From assembly GCA_002104945.1 (NCBI GenBank), contig MCFH01000018.1, positions 682,001 to 746,000 on the forward strand: a DNA stretch of 64,000 nucleotides. Direction: 5' to 3'. The notes beneath the pieces were generated by a model. The model worked only from the letters and a program-made list of their open reading frames with translations. It searched no databases and had not been told where the DNA came from. Shown here one piece after another: positions 53,690-64,000 of the stretch. Made by a program: the position numbers and the translations under genes. The number at the start of each line of letters is the position of its first letter. The first letter of the stretch is position 1. This stretch comes from Piromyces finnis finn. Its lineage: Eukaryota > Fungi > Neocallimastigomycota.

Positions 53690-54675
53690 ATGGAATTAAA
53701 AAATTTAAAACAAAAAGATGCTATCATAATATTATTATCTATAATAATGATGGTAATAATAAAATAATAATATTATCCAAATTCAATAATTTATTTTAAC
53801 TGTTTATATGATTATGTAAATAAGGGAATATGTGTTGGTACACATTTTATAAATACAATGTATTCGGAAGATATTATTGATTTTAAGATAAAACCTTTTA
53901 GTTATGTTGTTTTATGTTTAAATTTTCTATCTACCATCTTATTTATTATTGGTGTCATTTGGGTAATAAACAATATATGTATTAATAATCTTATTAATTA
54001 TACTACAAATTGTTAATCAATATATATATATTATTTTTAAAATACATAGGAAAAGCAAAATTTATTACATTATATAACAACTACATTTTTAATGTATTTT
54101 ATAATATCATTTTCATGTTTTTGTTGTAATTTCTTTTTTTTGGTAACTTCAAAAGTATATAGATATTATTATGATATCAAATATATCTATTATGAAGAGT
54201 ATTTAACGAAACATCCTGAAATAGAAGGTGATGAGGAATTAAAAAATAGTATACAACATAAAGCAGCTGTAAAGTATCATATGCTGAGCTTAACTCACTT
54301 TTTTATTATAGGACTTATGGTAAATAGTAAATAGTAGTATTGTTTATAATTATTAACTATATTCATTATAATAGTATTAAATATTATATTTAGAAATAAA
54401 ATTATTGATATTTTATATTACTATGAAAAAAGTTATATCTCCATATAGTTATACTTAATTATATAAAAGTCAAAGAATTCAAAATGACAGGGGGAGAACA
54501 AGGAAGCAGATCAATAGAGGAAGGGGCAAATAAAAATAATTTTTATAATAATCTTTCGAAAAAAGTTGATAAAAGAGCATTACAGAAAATAAATGATAAA
54601 CTAAAAGATACTAACAGTATAAATTATAGTATTAAAAACAGTACATATAACGAAAGTAATTCATATTTGAATTAA
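53690..54675 (+). CDS. Putative four-transmembrane protein of unknown function (4 exons)
   Basis: Hand-spliced model MELKNLKQKDAIIILLSIIMM | GICVGTHF...LFIIGVIW | EKQNLL...FFIIGLMVN | IILNYIKVKEFKMTGG...; the last splice junction is uncertain. Confidence 0.55.
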
Positions 54676-55264
54676 ACTAAATAATAATAAATAATTCATG
54701 TTTTTTTTTATTAATAAAAATATACATGAATGTAGTTAATTATTAAATTTAATGATAATAAAGAAAAAAAGAGTTATTATTAATAAATGGTAATATTAAC
54801 ATTTTTTCTTACAATAATAAAAATATAAATCAAAAACACAATAACTATTTTATTTTTGAAAAAGAAAATTATAAAATGTAATATAATTCAAATTTAATAA
54901 AGTTTCCTTTAATTATTATTTCTTTTTTTTTTTTTTTTTTTTTAAAAAAAAAGACAAATAAAAATTATATATATTAATGACAATTCATCTAATATTTGTA
55001 ATTTCTTAATATATAAATATAATGTATACTTTAATTTCATAAAAAAAAATAAAAATGTAAAGTATTAAGCGATGATTTGTAATGTTTGAGAAAAAAAGTT
55101 CTTTCCAAAACCAAAAAAAAATATAATTTTTTTTTTTAAATTAAAGTTTTTTTTTTTTAACTTAAAATATTTAAATAGATAGAAATATAAATTGAAATAT
55201 ATAAATATATATACTAATTTTTATATATTACATACATTTCATAATGTTATAAATTTTTATAATT

Positions 55265-57773
55265 ATGTGGTTAAAATTAAGTAATATGATTAATTTATAT
55301 TATTTCAGGATAATAATATTATTAATATTTCAATGTTTTATCGTTGGAGTATATTCTGAAAAAACAATTATAAGAGTCGGAATAAAAATACCTGATAATC
55401 CTATGATTGAAGATTTTAATGAATGGAAAATTACTTATGAATCATTAATTAATGAATATTTGTCTAATAATGCAAAAAATAAATCAATATTTAATGATGT
55501 TACAATTTCATTCGATTTTTATAATGGATTAGTTTATAATTTTGATTATTATGGATATGAAGAAATTACAAATAGTACTCTTATCACTGGTTTGATTGAA
55601 GGTGAATACGATTTAATGGTTATTGATGATCAAATTTTATTTAATGAAGAATCATTAATGGAATCATACTATTTTGAATATTATTTTGTAAGACAATATT
55701 CTAAAACATTATTTTTAGATTTGACAGATTACATTGATGAAGAATCATTAAATTGCCATGATCCGAAAATACTTAATAGAGGAAAATTAAATGGAAAATT
55801 ATATGCTTTACCTTATGAATCTGATTTCGATAATCTGTATTATGATAATGAAAATCAAAAATCGAAAAATATAACAAAAAGTATGGAATCATTAACATGG
55901 GATGAATTGATTGATTCAATTAATGAATCATCTTCTTATCCTTTAAGAATTTCACTTTCATATACTGAAAACTTTTTAAGCACATTTATGGAATATGCAA
56001 GTAGTTTTCATAATTTAACAAAAGAATATGATCCTCAATTTTATAAAGTATTTTATAATGACACTACAAATCAATTATATAAATCATTTTATGAATTTCT
56101 TAATAAATATACAAATAGAACTATTGATAATACATTATACGAATTTCCGGAAGATGCATTATTAAGTTTTTTAGATGGAGAATCAATATTTTATAAAGGA
56201 AAAGCATCCCAAATGTCTAGTTTTAAAGAATTTCCTAATATTTCATCGACACTTCCACCTAAATACATTAGTTCTAAATTTAGTAATTATTTAATAATAA
56301 ATAAACAAAGTGAAATTGATAAAAGTATTCTTGTAGAAATAGCGAAAGAACTTACCTCGAAAGAAATTCAACTTTTTAAAGCGAAACATTTTGGTAATAT
56401 TCCGACATTTGATTTTAATGATAAATCTAATATTGAAACGTATTGTGAAATTAGTGAAATTCAAAAAGAAATTTGTCAACAACTTCGACAGATCAAAGAA
56501 ATTAATTTGAAAGATATTTTTAAATCAAAATATAGTGCAACATATTTTGAAATTAGTAGTTATTTATCTCCATTCTTTATTGAATATCTGTATGAAGATG
56601 AAATTGATTTTAATAAAATTTCAGATCTATTTAAATATTCATATGAAATGGTAACAACACAAATTGGTATATATGAAATATTATCATATATTGTATTGAT
56701 TTTCTTTTCCATTATATTTATATTTATAATGTATTTAACTCATAAACATAAAAGAAATCCATACATAAAAGCAATTACTCCTATATATTGTAATTTGATA
56801 ATATTTGGGTGTATTTTCCATATGGCAAAAATATTTTTTGATTTACCACCATATTCTAAAACGAAATTAAAAATTATTTTTATTTTTGAACAATTAAGTG
56901 TTGATTTAATATATATTCCAATGTTAGCTTTGATTTATCGTATATACAGAATATATAATTCAAATTCACTTACTGTGAAGTATTTAACAAATAAAAAACT
57001 GTTTATAATAATAAGTGTGATATTTTCAATTGATTTATTACAAATTATTATTCCTTTAATAAGTTCTGATTTTTATTATACAACTGATTACTCCATTGCA
57101 TCAGGTCGTTTCCCAATGTATTTTTTCGACATTGATACTATTTCAAATTATATTGGATATCCATATTATTATATCATTGTAAGTGTATTAAAACCATTAA
57201 AATATAGCTATATTAATATATTAATATATTAACCTATTTTAGTGTATTATTAAAAATAATTAAAATATAAATAATGAATATTTATTTTTTTTTATAATTA
57301 TTTAGTTTGGATTATTACTTTATATGATACAAGGAATACAAAATAAAACAAAGAATATAATGGATATTAGCTATGTTTATATTATTGTAATATTAAATAT
57401 AACACAATATTTTGGAGATTCTATTCTTATAAAATGTGAACCTAAATATATAGCAATTTGTTTCTTTATTGATGTTGTTTTACTATGTTTAATTCATGCT
57501 ATATGTATTTATATTCTTGTTGGATCAAGATTATTACTTGTTATAGCCTTAAATACTGATATAGTTCCAAATGTTTATGATTTAAAAGATTTCGTTCCAA
57601 TTTCAACGAAGGAACAATATAAATTATTAATGAATAAAATCAAAAATATCACTTCAAATACAATATTAAAAAGTCCAAATAGTACTATTAATAATTATAG
57701 TTCAAATTCATACCAAGCAGGATATAGTATATCTATGAATGATAATACAATGAAATCCTCATATATACAATAA
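55265..57773 (+). CDS. Extracellular solute-binding (periplasmic-binding-protein-like) domain fused to a class-C-like 7TM receptor, copy 1
   Basis: Signal peptide; SBP-like YDLMVID, LDLTDYI, GKLYALPY, LTWDELI; seven hydrophobic segments including LIYRIYRIY. One intron, 57179-57305 (gtaagt...ttag), joins the two ORFs in frame. Confidence 0.82.
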
Positions 57774-57972
57774 TTATAATTTTATTTTTTTTTTCTTTTA
57801 ATTATTTCTACATTATATGTTGTTAATCTGTTGTAAAATAAAATGTATAGTTACAATATTAATAAAATAAATAAAAAAGATTTTTTTTTAATTTTATATA
57901 ATAAAACAAAGTATAATAAAACAAAGTATAATAAACATAATAATAATAAACATAATAATAATAATAATAAAC

Positions 57973-58023
<51 letters not shown>

Positions 58024-58728
58024 GGATATTTTAATTACGAGATTATATGTAATCAAATATCAATTTAGAAAATTTAAACATTAGAAAAACTAACAATTCA
58101 TTTAAATGTGAAATTAATAGTTATATAAAAGATATATAATAAATAAAAATTATTAAGCTTTTGGGAAACAGGAATTTTATTATACATAAATTAAAGGAAA
58201 AATAATAATATTTCACTTATTAAATTAAGAACCAATTAACAATAAATAATTAAAGAAAAAAATATTTTTCCGCTATAAAGATTTTTAATTTTGATTTTAT
58301 GGTTTTGGAATAAATATAATACATTCATTTGAATAATATTTAATTCTAAAAGTAAAAAATAAATCTGTATTTCAATATCTATTAAAAATTAAAAAAAATA
58401 TAGAATAGTTATTATTTTATATATATAGTAAAAAATATAGAGCAATAAAAATAATTAAATATTATCAACAAATATAAGAAAGTTATTTATAAATATAAAT
58501 TAATTGATATATTTTAAGTTGTGTCTATGTGATAAACCAAAAAACTAAAATAATCTTTATATTCATTAATTTATAATATTTTCCCTTTTTTCTTTAGTAA
58601 TGAAATAAGCAAATGTAATAATTCAAAGTAAAAAAAATTGAAATTTTATATTTTAGTTTTTTTCATAATATAATTAATTATTATATGCTTTAAAAGTGAT
58701 TATAAAAAATGTTTAATGAAAACGAAAC

Positions 58729-58729
<1 letters not shown>

Positions 58730-58765
<36 letters not shown>

Positions 58766-58787
58766 GTAAAAATAATAATAATAATTA

Positions 58788-58821
<34 letters not shown>

Positions 58822-58919
58822 TAGAATAATAATAATAATAATAATAGTAAAAATAATAATAATAATTAGAATAATAATAATAATAATAATAATAATAGTA
58901 AAAATAATAATAATAATTA

Positions 58920-58951
<32 letters not shown>

Positions 58952-58956
58952 GTAAA

Positions 58957-58990
<34 letters not shown>

Positions 58991-59012
58991 GTAAAAATAA
59001 TAATAATAATTA

Positions 59013-59049
<37 letters not shown>

Positions 59050-59168
59050 TAGAATAATAATAATAATAATAATAGTAAAAATAATAATAATAATTAGAAT
59101 AATAATAATAATAATAATAGTACATAATTTTAATTAAATTAATAATAAAGTTTAAAATATTTGATGCC

Positions 59169-59208
<40 letters not shown>

Positions 59209-59255
59209 ATAATAGTAAAAATAATAATAATAATTAGAATAATAATAATAATAAT
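58730..59255 (+). repeat. Compound microsatellite: (AAT)n punctuated by recurring AGTAAA and TAG interruptions
   Basis: Repeated aataataatagtaaaaataataataataattag-type higher-order units. Confidence 0.9.
59123..59206 (+). mobile_element. Extremely 5'-truncated insertion of the same LINE (~48 nt of 3' end plus ~35 A), 13-bp TSD
   Basis: ataattttaattaaattaataataaagtttaaaatatttgatgccgtt(A)n equals the reverse complement of about 15648-15695. TSD aataataatagta at 59110-59122 and 59205-59217. Confidence 0.88.
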
Positions 59256-59758
59256 AATAATAAGATTAGGGATGATAATGATCAAAAGTAATTGTTTAAT
59301 TGTTTAGTAACATTTTAATTTAAATTTTTATAATTAAATATAAAATTTAACATAATAATATTTTAATTTTTTTTTTTTTTTTTTTTTTAAGAGAAAAATT
59401 GAAATAGATGCTTTATTTATATAATTACACGATGTTATAGTTATGTTACTAATAAAGCAATAATTTTATTATAATTTAAATTAACAATCAACGAAATAAT
59501 AACAGTTATTCATTATAATTAATGCTTTAGGGAAATATTTTAATTTAAAATAATTTAGTTTTAAAAACCTTATTTAAAATTGTTTTACATTTTTCAAAAT
59601 AGTTATTTTTAATTTTAATTTTTAAAACTTATAGGAATATTTTTTTTTATTAAAAAATATGATTTATAAGTAAATTTAGTGTATATTTAGTTTTAATTAA
59701 TTATTTTTTATATTTTAATAATATATATATATTTTTGAATTGATAAAATAATTTTAAA

Positions 59759-62272
59759 ATGTTGTTAAAATTTATTAATATAGTGAATTCATATTATTTC
59801 AGGATAATAATATTGATAATATTTCAATGCTTTATCATAGGAGTATATCCTGAAAAAGCAATTATAAGAGTCGGAATAAAAATACCTGATAATCCTATGA
59901 TTGAAGATTTTAATAAATGGGCAATTAATTATGAATCATTAATAAATGAATATTTGTCTATTAATGCAAAAAATAAATCAATATTTAATGATGTTACAAT
60001 TTCATTCGATTTTTATAATGGATTAATTTCTAGTAATCTTGATTATGCATATGAGGAAATTACAAATAGTACTATTGTAACCAATTTAAAAGAAGGAGTG
60101 TATGATTTAATGGTTATTGATGATCAAATTTTATTTAATGAAGAAGCATTTATGGAGTATTTTTATTATTTAGATTATTTCGAAAGAAAATATTCTAAAA
60201 AATTATTTTTAGATCTGACGGATTATATTGATGAAGAATCATTAAATTATCATGATTTGAAAATACTTAATAGAGGAAGGTTAGATGGAAGATTATATGC
60301 TTTACCTTATGAATCTGATTTCGATAATCTGTATTATGATAATGAAAATCAAAAATCGAAAAATATAACAAAAAGTATGGAATCATTAACATGGGATGAA
60401 TTGATTGATTCAATTAATGAATCATCTTCTTATCCTTTAAGAATTTCACTTTCATATACTGAAAACTTTTTAAGCACATTTATGGAATATGCAAGTAGTT
60501 TTCATAATTTAACAAAAGAATATGATCCTCAATTTTATAAAGTATTTTATAATGACACTACAAATCAATTATATAAATCATTTTATGAATTTCTTAATAA
60601 ATATACAAATAGAACTATTGATAATACATTATACGAATCTCCGGAAGATGCATTATTAAGTTTTTTAGATGGAGAATCAATATTTTATAAAGGAAAAGCA
60701 TCCCAAATGTCTAGTTTTAAAGAATTTCCTAATATTTCATCGACACTTCCACCTAAATACATTAGTTCTAAATTTAGTAATTATTTAATAATAAATAAAC
60801 AAAGTGAAATTGATAAAAGTATTCTTGTAGAAATAGCGAAAGAACTTACCTCGAAAGAAATTCAACTTTTTAAAGCGAAACATTTTGGTAATATTCCGAC
60901 ATTTGATTTTAATGATAAATCTAATATTGAAACGTATTGTGAAATTAGTGAAATTCAAAAAGAAATTTGTCAACAACTTCGACAGATCAAAGAAATTAAT
61001 TTGAGAGATATTTTTAAATCAAAATATAGTGCAACATATTATGAAATTAGTTGCTTTTTATCTTCAAGTATTATTGAATATCTGTATGAAGATGAAATTG
61101 ACTTTAATAAAATCTCAAATTTATTTAAATATTCATATGAAATGGTAACAACACAAATTGGTATATATGGAATATTATCATATATTGTATTGATTTTCTT
61201 TTCCATTATATTTATTATTGTTATGATTTTAGAAAATAAATACAAAAAAAACCCATATATAAAAGTAGTTAATCCTATGTATTGTAATTTTATCATTTTA
61301 GGATGTATTTTTCATATATCAAGAACTTTTTTCGATTTACCACCATATTCTTATATCAAAAAAATTCTAATTTTATTTAGACAATTTAGTATTGATTTAA
61401 TATATATTCCAATGTTAGTTTTAACTTATCGTATATATATAATATATAATTCAAATTCACTTTCAATAAAATATCTTGGTAATAAAACATTAAAAATAAT
61501 AATGGGAATGATATTTTTAATAGATATTATAAGAGTTATATATTATATATTAGTTGATGAAATTTATTATGTAACAGATTATAGTATTGTAACAGGTCGT
61601 TATCCAATTTTATTTCATGATGATAAAGAAATTTCAAAATATTTTAGATATGGTTATTGTTATATAATTGTAAGTATATTAAAATAATTATTTTTATATA
61701 TTAATAAATAAATATATATATAATATATAATATATAATATATTATATAATATAAATATGTGATTAAAGATATAAATAATTAAAATATATAAATATTATTT
61801 TTTTTAGTTTGGCTTATTACTTTATATGATACAAAATATACAAAGTAAAACAAAAAATATAACAGATGTTAGTTATATTTATGTTATTATAGTATTAAAT
61901 ATAACACAATATTTAGGGGAAGGAGTTATATATAAATGTCAATCTGATTACTTTCCATTGTTTTTCTTTGTTGAAGTAATTATTTTATGCTTAATTCATG
62001 CTATATGTATTTATATTCTTGTTGGATCAAGATTATTACTTGTTATAACCTTAAATTCAGATATAGTTCCAGATGTATATGATTTAAAAGATTTTGTTCC
62101 GATTTCAACCAAAGAACAATATAAATTATTGTTAAATAAAATCAGAAATCTCACTTCTAGTAAAATATTAAAATGTCCGGAAAATACTATTGACAGTTCA
62201 TTTTCATATCAAGCAGGTTATAGTATATCTATGTATGATAATAATACAATAAAATCATCAGTATATTTATAA
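59759..62272 (+). CDS. Solute-binding-domain / class-C-like 7TM receptor fusion, copy 2 (tandem paralog)
   Basis: Same architecture as copy 1, with start codons 4494 bp apart. Intron 61670-61807 is at the same position. Confidence 0.82.
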
Positions 62273-64000
62273 TAAAATGATAAAATAATTTATTTTATAA
62301 TTATAAAGATAAATAAAGATAAATCATCATTTTTTATATATATGTTTATTTTAATATAAACTAAAAAATAATACAATAAAATCATCAGTATATATATATA
62401 TTGAAATAATTTATATATAATTAATATGAAATTAAAGAAATAAATATAAAAGAAAGTATCAAATAAATTTAAATATTGAAAATTTACTTAACTATAAATA
62501 AATATTATATCTATTATTTCATTAATATTATAATTATTAAAAAATATTATCTTTTTTTTTTTTCCATAATGTAAAATAAAAATAAAATATGAAGATATAA
62601 TAATAATTAAATAAGAAACTAATTAATCTTTATTTAAAGTATATGAAATATAGTAATTTTATATAATGTATTGAAAAACCAAAAACAGATAATAATTAAG
62701 TTTATACCTATAAAATTTTTATTATAGGAATTTATTAGCTTAAATTAAAATCATATATAATAATAATAGCAGAACAATAATATTAAAAAAAGTATAGATA
62801 ATTGAAAAATAGTTCAGTTAAACATAAAGTATAAAACTAGTTCAATAAAAATAAATAAATAACTCTTTTTAAAGTTGAAATAAATATCATTAATTCTGAG
62901 AACCTATCATTTTAAATTTTAAATTTTATTAAAAAGAAGAAATAAATATAATTATAAAAAAATTAAAAATTATAAATAAAACATTAATATGTAATAGTAT
63001 ATAAGTGTATTAAAAATACATAAATTATTATAAATTAGGTATTAGTAAATATAACTAAAAAATGAAATAATAAAATATAAGTATAAAAATGTAAAATAAA
63101 AATTGAGCAAGAAATGTAATAATGTTTATTTAAAATAGTTTATACTTAATAAAATAAATTTTATATAACGTATAAAATTGTTGGAAATAACCGAAATTGA
63201 TAATTTTTATCAATAATAAACTTAATAAGTTTAATATTTTGTTATTATAAATATAGAGTTTTGTATCTATATCAATTTATTAGAAAACTATGAATTACGT
63301 ATTTTTGTATAAAATAAAAATCAAATATTATAATAATAGGAAAAATAGTAATTTAAAAATAGTAAAATTGTATAAAAACATAATTAAATTAAATAAAGTT
63401 CATTAAATTATAATAACCTTGTAGTTTAAATAAATATTATATTACAGCTGAACCTTATCAATTTAATAAAGTTTTTATATGAACCTTATCAATTTAATAA
63501 AGTTTTTATAAAAAACAATAAAAATTATGAATAAAATATAATATATAAGAAATGCTTATAATTTATAGCTTTTTATATTATATTAGATTTATTTGCTAAG
63601 TATTTTTGAATAAAACAAAAATTTGCTCTTTACTATATTACTTTATTTTATCATTAATTTTTATAAAAAAAATAAGATTCTTTGCAATATAAAAAAAAAT
63701 AAGATTAAATAAACAAGAAAAATCTTTTATTTTCAAAATAAAATTATAATAACAATAATAATTATTACTATAACCATCAGTCTGTGTTAAGTAAATTTAA
63801 TATTTTAAAAGTAATTATTATTTTATTTTTTAAATTATATTTTATTAAATTTTAACTTTAAGGTTATAATATAAAAATTAATATATATTTATAAAAAATT
63901 ATGGTTGAAGAAGGAAAATTTATTTTTATTATTAATAAATAATTTTAAGTATATGTATTTAAAATGTTGTTAAAATTTATTAATATAGTAAATTTATATT

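Noticed and set aside
57843-59137. Poly-Asn, poly-Tyr and poly-Ile ORFs (57843, 57859, 58709, 58730)
   Set aside because: Microsatellite translations with no coding signal.

Overview
Extremely AT-rich eukaryotic DNA with short GT-AG introns and long A/T, (AAT)n and (TAAA)n tracts. A fungal double-dockerin protein, a CotH protein and solute-binding-protein/7TM fusions point to an anaerobic gut fungus (Neocallimastigomycota). Genes in order: an ankyrin-repeat protein; three intronless ACC-synthase-like PLP enzymes, two of them a near-identical head-to-head inverted pair; a non-LTR retrotransposon (LINE) locus; a 2xCBM18+GH18 chitinase; a PWWP+TFIIS-N protein; a PEHE/Sas4-like protein; an LMW-PTP; an F-box/ankyrin-like protein; two small single-TM proteins; epsin; a secreted prodomain-like+2 dockerin protein; a CotH kinase; a 4-TM protein; and two tandem solute-binding-protein/class-C 7TM receptors. 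The most notable signal is the LINE family. An intact 5.7 kb copy (1507-aa EN-RT-CCHC ORF, poly(A), 13-bp TSD) sits in tandem with an older truncated copy, and all three junctions carry the same target motif ATTCTTATAT. Its 5' end has two 123-bp hairpin-rich monomers and a consensus splice donor in the 5' UTR. A third insertion of only ~48 nt plus poly(A), also with a 13-bp TSD, lies at 59.1 kb. All gene models, alignments and family assignments were made by eye, without database searches.
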